NCBI GenBank assembly: GCA_001179505.1
Contig: CDMY01000382.1
Location: 1-64,000 of the forward strand
DNA from: Vitrella brassicaformis CCMP3155
Lineage: Eukaryota; Protista; Chromerida
Direction of reading: 5' to 3'
Length of the DNA: 64,000 bases
The notes under the pieces were generated by a model. That model had not been told where the DNA came from. It worked only from the letters and a program-made list of their open reading frames with translations, and did not search any database. A program made the translations under genes and the position numbers. This document shows, piece after piece, positions 38,780 through 49,400 of the stretch. Every line of letters starts with the position of its first letter. The stretch's first letter is position 1.

Positions 38780-39493
38780 CCTGGAGCTCACGATGCGGCA
38801 CCGACTTGGTCTCGTCGAGGCGGCGGACGCCACAGCTCGTCTCGTCATAGCATTTCATTCCCCCGGGGCACTCGCCGTCGACACGTCCTGCACACAGACA
38901 GACAGACAGACAGACACACAACCAGGACAGGACAGATCGAATCGACAGGCCGTCATGCGTGCTGTGCACGCATGCAGGCGCACAAGCATCCAACCAAAGC
39001 GCTGGCTCCCCCTTACAGACATACCAGGGCACGGATTCTGACCGCACACGATGAGGCCGGGGTCGCTGGCGCAGAAGCATGTGTCGCAGGCTGCAGGCAG
39101 GCATGTCAGTCAAAGGAAGGAAGGAAAGACAGCACCCATGCATCCACGTATATATGCCATTCCTTCATCATGGCCGGATGATAGATGGATGGATCGATCA
39201 ATAGACGGACGGACGAATGGATGGGTGGTCTTACTTACCCTGGAGCTCACGATGCGGCTCGTCCCCTTGGCCCAAGCAGTCAGAGTCGCAGTCTGTCTCG
39301 CAGATGTATACGCACCCCGCCACACCGCCCTGCAGCTGCCTGTGGGCCTCTCTCTCTTGCACACCTGCAGCCAGAGGACAAATATGCCATCGTGGGTGTG
39401 TGTGTGTGTGTGTGTGTGTACCTCTCATGGCGGGATTTGCTGCTGATGCGATGGCGAGGCCATGAGGGCGACCACCGAAGTGCGAGGGGCCAT
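38780..39493 (-). pseudogene. Copy A of secreted Cys-rich RxL precursor, exon 1 frameshifted by a 10-bp deletion
   Basis: Exons 39493-about 39420, 39364-39239, 39090-39025 and 38887-38780. Relative to copy B, ttcgtcgccc is missing from the signal-peptide exon, giving MAPRTSVVALMASPSHQQQIPP*. Confidence 0.6.
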
Positions 39494-39799
39494 TGTAGCT
39501 GCACGAGGCGCTGACCAAGTGGAGTGCTGAGGGAGTCAGACGGCGCGAAGGGAAGGTGCGAGGAGTGAACACAATTAAGCTGAGGAAGGAAGGAAGGCAG
39601 GCTGCTTGAGTGAGGTCGGTGTGCGATGAATTGTTTCCGCCTTTGAGCCCCTGCTGGTGCCCTAGACAGCACGGGAGAGCACTCATGCTGTCTTATCGTG
39701 CGTTCTCGCCACAAAAACTCTCCTATCTTCGGATCGGATCACAACGGGCGAGCTTATGTGGGGAGGAAAGAGAAAAGAGGACAAGGAAGGCTGCCAGGC

Positions 39800-40099
39800 N
39801 NNNNNNNNNNNNNNNNNNNNNNNNNNNNNNNNNNNNNNNNNNNNNNNNNNNNNNNNNNNNNNNNNNNNNNNNNNNNNNNNNNNNNNNNNNNNNNNNNNNN
39901 NNNNNNNNNNNNNNNNNNNNNNNNNNNNNNNNNNNNNNNNNNNNNNNNNNNNNNNNNNNNNNNNNNNNNNNNNNNNNNNNNNNNNNNNNNNNNNNNNNNN
40001 NNNNNNNNNNNNNNNNNNNNNNNNNNNNNNNNNNNNNNNNNNNNNNNNNNNNNNNNNNNNNNNNNNNNNNNNNNNNNNNNNNNNNNNNNNNNNNNNNNN
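39800..40099. other. Assembly gap (300 N)
   Basis: Run of N from 39800 to 40099. Confidence 1.
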
Positions 40100-40641
40100 C
40101 GTGCTGTGCACGCATGCAGGCGCACAAGCATCCAACCAAAGCGCTGGCTCCCCCTTACAGACATACCAGGGCACGGATTCTGACCGCACACGATGAGGCC
40201 GGGGTCGCTGGCGCAGAAGCATGTGTCGCAGGCTGCAGGCAGGCATGTCAGTCAAAGGAAGGAAGGAAAGACAGCACCCATGCACGCACGTATATATGCC
40301 ATTCCTTCATCATGGCCGGATGATAGATGGATGGATCGATCAATAGACGGACGGACGAATGGATGGGTGGTCTTACTTACCCTGGAGCTCACGATGCGGC
40401 TCGTCCCCTTGGCCCAAGCAGTCAGAGTCGCAGTCTGCCTCGCAGATGTAGACGCACCCCGCCACACCGCCCTGCAGCTGCCTGTGGGCCTCTCTCTCCT
40501 GCACACCTGCAGCCAGAGGACAAACATACCATCGTGTGTGTGTGTGTGTGTGTGTGTACCTCTCATGGCGGGATTTGCTGCTGATGCGATGGCGAGGGCG
40601 ACGAAGGCCATGAGGGCGACCACCGAAGTGCGAGGGGCCAT
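40100..40641 (-). CDS. Copy B (intact 5' part) of secreted Cys-rich multi-peptide precursor, 3' end runs into the gap
   Basis: MAPRTSVVALMAFVALAIASAANPAMR|GVQEREAHRQLQGGVAGCVYICEADCDSDCLGQGDEPHRELQ|ACDTCFCASDPGLIVCGQNPCP|. Exon 4 taken from copy A reads GRVDGECPGGMKCYDETSCGVRRLDETKSVPHRELQ. All introns are phase 1 with canonical GT-AG. Confidence 0.75.
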
Positions 40642-41019
40642 TGTAGCTGCACGAGGCGCTGACCAAGTGGAGTGCTGAGGGAGTCAGACGGCGCGAAGGG
40701 AAGGTGCGAGGAGTGAACACAATTAAGCTGAGGAAGGAAGGAAGGCAGGCTGCTTGAGTGAGGTCGGTGTGCGATGAATTGTTTCCGCCTTTGAGCCCCT
40801 GCTGGTGCCGTAGACAGCACGGGAGAGCACTCATGCTGTCTTATCGTGCGTTCTCGCCACAAAAACTCTCCTATCTTCGGATCGGATCACAACGGGCGAG
40901 CTTATGTGGGGAGGAAAGAGAAAAGAGGACAAGGAAGGCTGCCAGGCCCTCCAGGCATATCCCGCCAGATGAGCAGCAGACACACGTGGTGCACATGACG
41001 CTCACGGCTGCCTGACGAT

Positions 41020-41955
41020 ATGACGGCGCCGGGCGTCCATTGCGTCAAGAGGGCGCTTCGCCAGATCACAACGTACAGGTGGGTAGATCTGCTGCACAGT
41101 GCGTACTGCACACATCAATCACATGACGGCACAAACAAATGTGTGTGTGTGTGTGTGTGTACAAATCAGGCCAGCAGGGGCTGCTCAGCAAACGCAACCA
41201 TCTGGGAGTGCGGCCCGTCTACCGCACCTTATAGTGCGGAGCTATCGGCACTTCGCCGGCCGGCCGCTGCTGAGCGATGACGAGAATGGCATGTCAGATG
41301 AGCAGCTGGTATGTACCTGCACCCACACAAGGGGGACCTGCCAGCGGCTTTGGTGCGTGTTCAGACGAGGGCTTTGTACGAGAGTCCCGTTGTGGTGGCG
41401 GCGCACGACTTCACGGGGGGTTCGGCGGCGCCTGTGTTCACCTATGCCAACCAGAAGGGCCTCGACGTCTTCGAAACCAACTGGCACGTGAGCTGAAACG
41501 GGGCTGGGGATGGAAGGCTGCCTGAAATGGGCAGCTGCCTCATTGCAGCACTTTGTCGGCTGCCCGTCATTCAAGTCTGCCGATGACACCCGCTTTCACG
41601 AGAGGCTGGCGCTGCTGCAAGAGTGCCTTGAGAAGGCAAGAGAGAGAGGAATGCCTTCATTCAGATACACGGTGTGCGTATGGCTTGTGTGTGTGCAGGG
41701 GTGTGTGCGTGTGAATGCCATCCGGCAGAGCTTCACGGGGCGCCTTTTCCAGATACAGGACGGCCTCTTGTTCAACCTGCTCGACACACCAGGTGGCGCG
41801 ACTGCCACAACCGTGGGGCAGGTCCGTGTTGACGGATGGATGGATGGATCCAGGCACAGGCCATCCCTTTCGATCTATGCTTTTTTGCTTTTCAGGCGGT
41901 GGCGTTTGCCACGTGGCAATACTTGGACTCCATCAGTGAGGAGCGGTCCCTCTAG
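41020..41955 (+). CDS. Stand-alone MEKHLA (PAS-like) domain protein
   Basis: HLIVRSYRHFAGRPLL, RALYESPVVVAAH, PVFTYANQKGLDVFETNW, PSFKSA...ERLALL, RQSFTGRLFQIQDGLLFNLLD...GQAVAFATWQYL match the bacterial/algal MEKHLA consensus in order. Confidence 0.82.
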
Positions 41956-43452
41956 TCAGTCAAGAAAAGGGAATGACTGCCATGCATGTGCGGCTCAGTG
42001 ATGAGCTGACGGCTTTTTTCGGTTTCGTCCCTGAAGTGTGATGTTTAGGCGTGGTGTGTCGTCTCTTGGTTTCGGCTCGTTAGTGCTGTGTGCCGTCCCT
42101 TCTTGTTCCCCTGGTCGCCACGGTTACATTGCAGTGCGGTGACGTCGCTGCATTGGGTGCGTGGCCACCAGAAGGAACGAGAAGGGACGGGACAGCAGCA
42201 CAGACATCAGTATACTCACGATCGAGGCAGGGGAAGACAGGGAGGAAAGTTCGAGAAAGACACGGCCAGCATCCATGCCATGCATCTCTGCATTTCGGTT
42301 GTTGCATTTCGCTCTCTCACCGACGGATAAGTCACATTATCTGTCGTGGAGAGAGATGGGGAGGCGTGCCGAGTGAGAATGTCTATCTATAGTCGCGACT
42401 CGGATGGATTCAATTCAACTCGGATGGATGCAGTGGATGGATGGTATGCATTCACTTGTGTGTCTTGTGTCTTGGGAGCCAAAGTCATTGATGCGCATCA
42501 TAGCTCTACACACACATACAGCTCTACAACTCTCAGTCGCCTGGAGAAAAAGCGAATAAGCAAATGACCCTCCCTCCCCCGCACCCAGCCAGACACACAC
42601 AGACACACGCAATGCAGTCAATGGATGCCTGCAGCAGGAAGGAAATGTACTCATCATCACTATGTATGTCACTCACACAAGAGCGATAGACAGGCAGATG
42701 TAGAGGGGTGGCTGCCGCACGGGAGGTACAAACGCCCAGACAGACAGACGTACCCATTCACACACACACACACACAGACACACACTCACAGTTACACACA
42801 CAGAGGCACAAATACAGACAGACAATGGAGAGCGAGCAAGCACCCACCTAGCTACCGATAAAAAACCTGCCTGTCGCCATCCATCCATATGTAATATAGG
42901 GAATGCCATGAGGTGCCATTGCCACGACATGAGAGACAGACCCGCCCGGCCCATCCACCCCAGCAAGCTATGCAGCCGTGCAATGAACGGGGGCGCCCTT
43001 GATCATCAAGCAAACGGCCCCCACCTTCACTTGTGCGTCGCCACCCCACCCAAGCAATACCAATCATTAAGCAGAGAATCATCTCTCCAAAAGTTCCATC
43101 TATCCATCTGTGGTGATGTGCTGCGTGCGTGTCGGCAGACACATTACATATATACCAAAAACAAAAAATACTTCACGGGTACGCGAGCGGACGGGTGCAC
43201 GCTAGATAGATGTATTTGTGCCTGTGTCTGTGTCTGTGTCTCTGTGCCCGCGGTCGGTCATTGTATGTGTGTGTCCATCCCTTCCCTCCCTCCCTCCCTC
43301 CCTCCCCTGTCTGTCTGTCTACCTATACATGAGCTTTACAGGAAATATTCCTGTGTGTGGGTGAGAGGGTGTTGTGGGTGTTGTGGGTGGGTGGAAAGGT
43401 GCCGAGGCGACGAGCGGGTTCACGTGAGGCCACTCACTCACCGGTCGGTCGG

Positions 43453-45338
43453 TCACTTGAATATGAGCTGTTTGTGTGCCCATCCGTAGGCCGCCTTGTG
43501 CTCCTCAAACATCGACTGCAGCTCACCCAACACCTGCAGGCACCCATATATCCCAGGCATCACACCCCACACACATGCACATGCACACATACACACGCTT
43601 CGTTCCCCTCTCTGTGTGTGTGCAGAGCTGAGTGGCTGAGTTGAGTGGCTGACAGACAGACCTACCTGCTCATGCACGGTGTCTATGTGGTGTTGTGTGG
43701 GCGTCTCTGTCGCATTGCCGGGGTGTACCGGCGGCGCACAGATGATGACCAGTGGCTGGCGAAAGGGGATCGGCAGCAGAAACCTACAGTAAACCAATCA
43801 GTCGGACAGACAGGTGTGGGCTGGGTAGCATGCGGCGTGTGTGTGTCCGTCGGTACCATACCTGCCCCATAGGAAGAACACCGACACACGGATAGCGCGC
43901 GAAAGACGCTCCAGGTAGCCGTAGCGGTCATACCTGATGCGCGCAGACACAGACACACAGAGTGAGCCTCCCTCATGGCCGCATACTGACTGCCAGCCCA
44001 TCCGTCTCTCTCTGTGCTGGGCTGGGCAGATCCATGTACACACGCACACGCACGCGCACATACGTACCAGACTCTGAAGCACTTGGTGTTGCCGAAGGCC
44101 ATGACGGGGCAGACGGGGACGCCCAGCTGTATGGCGAGCTTGGCAAGGCCCTTCCTGTCCTTGATGAACAACACCTCCTCCTCTGTTCGCAAACAGGCAG
44201 GCAGGCAGGAGACCAGACATAGAAAGATTGACGGGTGAGCAATGTGTGTGTGTGTGTGTGTGTGTCTTCAACTTACTGCTCCAGCAGTTGAAGATGCCGG
44301 CGATGCCGTCGGCCATGACGCCGACACTCGCCCGTCGGGTTTTGATGTGGTGCACTAGGGAGGCCCGGGAGACGTCCGCCATGCCCAGGAGCTTCATCAT
44401 GTTCAGGATGGGGAAGTGCAAAACCACACTCGCCGCGGCACCGATGAAATCGCCTCTCACCGTCTGACCGACCGACCGATCCATTCATTGCCACACAGGG
44501 AGGAGGGAGGGATGTGCAGTGGTCCTTGTTTGTTTGTTTGTTTGTTTGTGAGGGGCCTACAAGGTTGATAAGCGGGATGGAGAGCAGCCCAGCGACCGGG
44601 AAGGCGCCATGGGGCACCATGAACCCGATATATGGCGAGAGCTCCGCCTTGTCGCGGCTCTCCTCCGTCCACACCACTTTGAAGCTAAAATACCTGTGCA
44701 CACACACACGTACGTGTGCTCATATCCCGCCCTCTGCACCCCTTTTTGACACACACACGCACCTGAAGAGTGATATGAGCACAGGCGACGGGACGGGCGA
44801 GCCGTTCTTCTTCATGGGAAAACCAGCCAGAGTGATGAAGGTGACCACCCATGCCACGAGCGGCCGCCACTGGCCGTAGATAATCCACAGTGGGAGGGCG
44901 AGCAGAGGCCATCCAGCTAGGACGAACCAGCAGCAGAAGAAGAGAATGACGACGGCGGCCTCCTCCCAGACGGGCATTGGCGTGACAGACGTCAGGTTGG
45001 GGCTGGGGCAGCTGTCCATGGGCACCGATGCCGCGTCAATTATCTTCCTTCTCTCCTCCCCCGACGCAAGGGCCAGCCGACGCAAATCTACCTTGCTGCA
45101 CGACACAGACACAGACACACCCAGACAGACAGACGCGTGCACAGCACAATGAGTGGGTCATGTAGGTAGTAGTTGTAGCTGGCCACGGCCCTCACCCACT
45201 GACTCACCTGGCGTCTGTGAAGAAGTATTTCCGTTTGTGTGTCTTGCATTGGTCTCCCTCGGCCTGCTGCTCCACAGGCAGACTCTGAGTGGGCAATGAG
45301 CAGTCAGTCGAACACTCATCCTCCGTCTGGGGCGGCAT
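43453..45338 (-). CDS. DGAT2: Diacylglycerol O-acyltransferase type 2 (DGAT2/DGTT-like)
   Basis: Two N-terminal TM stretches, RYFSFKVV, VPHGAFP (HPHG-like), DGIAGIF, RKGLAKLAIQLGVPVCPVMAFGN, LPIPFRQPL, LQSMFEEHKAAYGW. Confidence 0.9.
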
Positions 45339-45522
45339 TGTGTGCACAAATCTGTGGCAGCGGTGCCTCAGAACCCCTGCTGTCCTTGTGGCTAAGCCCG
45401 CAGGGAGGAGGAAGGGCATTGCGTGAAACTGGTTGTCGGGGGGGAAAGGCAAGCCTTTCCCGGGAAAGGAGGCGACAATTCCGCATTGCGGTGGCTGACG
45501 CGTAGCTGATTCTCGTGTAGGG
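45339..45522. promoter_or_regulatory. Putative bidirectional promoter/5' UTRs between DGAT2 and XPG, containing a 16-bp perfect palindrome
   Basis: 184 bp between divergent ATGs. cctttcccgggaaagg at 45454-45469, and ACGCGT just upstream of XPG. Confidence 0.5.
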
Positions 45523-46443
45523 ATGGGAATCAAAGGTCTTTGGGATCTGGTGGCCCCGTCGGGCCGTCGTGTCAACCTGGAGGCGCTGTCCGGCTCCACT
45601 TTGGCCATCGATGCGTCCATCTGGCTGGTGCAGTTCCTCAAGGCCATGCGCGACAGCGACGGCAACATGGTCCGCAGCGCCCACCTGGTCGGCTTCTTCC
45701 GGCGCATATGCAAGCTGCTCTTCTACCAGATCAAGCCCGTCTTTGTGTTCGACGGCCCGCCGCCGGAGCTCAAGCGCCGCACACTGGCGCAGCGTCGCCG
45801 GCTGCGCGAGCAGCAGGAGGCCAACCTGAAGAAGACGGCGGAGAAGCTGCTGCTCAACAAGATGAAGTCCTACGCCCTCGACCAGATCGAGGCCAAGAGG
45901 AAGGCCAAGAGGGCCAATAAGGGCAAGGGCAAGGACAAGGGCAGCAGGGCGCGGGCGGCCTCACAGAACCAGCAGGAAGAAGAAGATGAGAACCACAGAC
46001 ATGATGATGGCGAGAATCGCGAGAACGACAAAGACGATGGTGCCGAAGGCAGGCAGCAGCGAGCCGCCAGCCCACCAGCAGCAGCGGCCGCTGCCGCGGC
46101 GGCGGCAGCAGCAGCACCAGCAGCTGCAGGGGGGCCATCCTCACCGATTGATCTGCTAGATAGCGACGAGGGGGAGCGCCAGAAGAGAGCTGCCGCCGAG
46201 GAGCTGTTTGGTGATGACGACAGCGACGTGCAGATGTGGGAGAAGGAAGATGGTGGTGAAGAGGATGGCGAGCAGGAGGGAGATGACGCCGACCCCATGG
46301 GCTACCGGGCGAGGCGACGCGCATACTACAACTCCATCCCCAACGAGTTCAGGTGCGTGCGGACCACACACACACACTTTTAGACAGTGTGTCCATACCC
46401 ATCGTCCTGTCTGTCTGTCTGTCTGGCTGGCTGGCTGGCTGGC

Positions 46444-46475
<32 letters not shown>

Positions 46476-49400
46476 ACATAGGGGGTTTCTGGCGGAGCGT
46501 CGTCGTCTGGATGACCTGCAGGTGGGCGAGTCGGCCATGACCAGCATCCTCTCCATGCCCGGATCAGCCACCGTCAAGAAGCGACAAGATGCGCTCTTCG
46601 GCGGGCCCAGCAACAACCCCGCACGCAGGGGCGGCGGGGAGTCGCCATCTGCTAGTGCTAGTGCGCCGGCTACTGCTGCTGCTGCCGCTGCGGCCGGCGG
46701 CTCATTTGACGACGATACACATGTTTTCAGGGACGCAGAGGACTTCAAAAGTGAGCACGCGGAGAGGAGAGGATGGACATGGCTGCTTGTATGGCCGATG
46801 TGACGTTCGGGTGTGGTGTGTGTAGGTTATCATGTGTCTGGCGAGAACGGAGAGGACGTGGCCATCACTCTGCCGCTCGATGCCGAGATCGACCCAGAAG
46901 TGTTCGAAACGCTGCCGGCAAAAGTGCAGTACCAGGTCAGCCAGACCGACACACACGCACACCCCTGTCTGTACGTCCATCTCCCTCGAGGTCTCTGTGT
47001 GTGCGTCATCCATCCATTCACTCGTCAGATCCTGAATCAGTTGCGTGACGCTTGGATGAACGAGAGCCGTCTCAAGGCGGTGCAGGCCAAGGACGACCTG
47101 CAGGTGTTCAGCAACGTGCAGCTCGAGAGCTACATGCGATCCATCCGCACCAACAAGGAGATCGACACGGTCAAGGTCGCCATGGCCGAGGACGTCCGCA
47201 AAGACGAAAAGGAGATGGGCGGCGACGCCACCTCACAGGCAAGCAGCCACACCACACACACGGCGACACACGTGGCTATACACGTGTGTGTGGGGGTGTT
47301 GGGGGGCACAGGTGTACATCAATGGTCCGGTGGAGGTGGACAAGGGCGGCCCGTCCAAGGGGCCGAATTGGAACCCGACGGCCGGGGGGTGGAAGAGCCG
47401 AAATGCATACTGGGCGCAGCAGCAGAAGAAACCGACGCCCGGTAGGTAACACCCAGCCACCCATCAGACACAACACACAACACACAAAAGAAGTGTGTCT
47501 ATCCCGTCCCGCGTCCGTTCATCCAGATCTGTTTGGTCTGGGCGAGTCGGCTGCTGACGACGGGTTTGACGAGTACAAGGACGGAAGAGACAGCAAGGAG
47601 GGCGATGCCCACCACCCCAAGAAGAAGCGCCGCAAGCACCGCTACAACCCCGAGCACTTCTCCCACCTCCCCTCTCTCAAGAACACCGACCTCACACGCA
47701 AGGACCTCTTCACCGTCAATGAAGACGACTTCGACGGACCGCAGCTGTCAGACCGCAGGAAGAAGCGGCCAAAGTCTGAGAGAGACCAGGCGCGTCTCCC
47801 CGGCCCCTCCCTGCCGTCCTTCTCTCCCGGCAAGACCTCGCGCGTGCCCGAGGCGGCCGATGAAGACATTCTGGAGTGTGAGGCCGGTGATGCTCATGAG
47901 GCGCCAAATGGTGGTTTAGTGGTGGAGGAAGATGATGCGTCAGAGGGCCTGCCGGATGGCTTGGGTGGCATGGATGTGGAAGACGATGTGCTGGACCTCC
48001 TGGGCGATAAGTTCTTCGACCATGCTGAGGCGGACGAGCCACCAGAGCCCCCTCATGACGATGAGGCCGAGGCACCCGCAGCCCCACCAGCCGCTGACGC
48101 CGTTGAGCCGGCCAGTCCCTCGTCTAGCGAGGAGGAGGGCCGCCGCCCACAGCCGCCCGACACTGTCGACCTGACAGAGGACGCGCACGAGCCGCCACCC
48201 CCTCCCCCGCCTCCACCACCTCTCCCCATCCCTCCGCTGGTCGTCGACCTCGACGAAGAAGATGACTTGCCACCGCAGCATGAGGTTCCTGCTGGTGTGG
48301 CTGCCGCTTCTAGGCCGGAAGCAGCCGATCGACGCGACCACTCACCCCTCCGTCTGCTGTCGGCATTTACACTCAAGCGGAAGCGGCCACCAACGCATGA
48401 GGACCGGGAGAGCGGCGACTACGCCAACGAGCCGCAGCCAGTGGAGGTGCGCGGGGCGGACGGCGGTGTGTCGACGTCGCTGGGCGAGAGGGGTGGAGAT
48501 GAAGACGAGGAGGACTTGGTCGAGTGGGAAGATGCAGAGGAAGAAGACCAACAGCAGGCCGAGCCGCCACTCGCCGAGCCCGCACCAGTACGTCAGCTGG
48601 CGGACGTGGCCGTGCCGGTGGTGGCTGTGGACAGGGAGCCGCCGGCGCAGCCACAAGCCGAGAACGCCGTGGCCATGGATGTGGAGGACCTGACGCTCGA
48701 CGAGGATGATGCACGCTCAGCCCCACCACCACCACCAGCAGCAGCCAACGCTCCCCCGCCAGAGGCCCCGCGACAGCAACGAGAGGAGGAGCCCGTGATC
48801 ATCCAACCTCCCCCTATCCCTCCCGCACCTGCCGCAGGGGCCCCCCAAGCCGCAGAGAAGCAGCAGCAGGACACCGAGCAAGAGCAACAGCCCCCTCCCT
48901 CCCGCGAGGCTTCACCGGCCGAGCACTCTTCGCCGGCGGCCAGCGAGGAGGCCCCACCAGCCGCAGCGGCTGCAGCAGCTGCGGCAGCGGGTGGTGATGC
49001 AGAGGACAGCAAGGGCCAGGCGGATGACCCGTTTGCTGACATCGACGATTCGATCTTCGACGATTTGGATTTCGTGATGCCATCGCCGAGGAATGCAGGG
49101 GCAGCTGCAGGGGCCACGGGGGGTGGGCAGAGAGGGGGGCAGCGGGGCCGGGCGGCGCAAGTCAATTTGGAGGAGCTGCGCGAACGACTGGTGAGTCAGT
49201 CAGTGATGGAGCAGAGGTGGATGGTTGATTGACTTACGTGTCTTTGTGTGTGTGTCTGTCTCGTGTAGGAGGAGGAGCAGGTGGAGTTGATGGGCGACTT
49301 GCAGAAGCAGAAGGCGCAGTCTGAGCACGTCACGCCAGAGATGCAGGAGCAGGTCAGTCAGTCAATACAGTACTTGGGTGGGTCGGCACGTCAATCAACC

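Larger units (their letters stand above)
38958..40947. repeat. Direct repeat of about 845 bp (38958-39799 and 40100-40947) flanking the assembly gap
   Basis: Segment-by-segment identity with an offset of 1142-1148 and only scattered substitutions and small indels. Confidence 0.9.

Noticed and set aside
42000-43450. ORFs in long convergent spacers (also 34302-35457, 54626-55811, 58852-60145)
   Set aside because: Translations are dominated by CV/TH/SV repeats from microsatellites, with no coherent exon chain. Interpreted as 3' UTR or intergenic.
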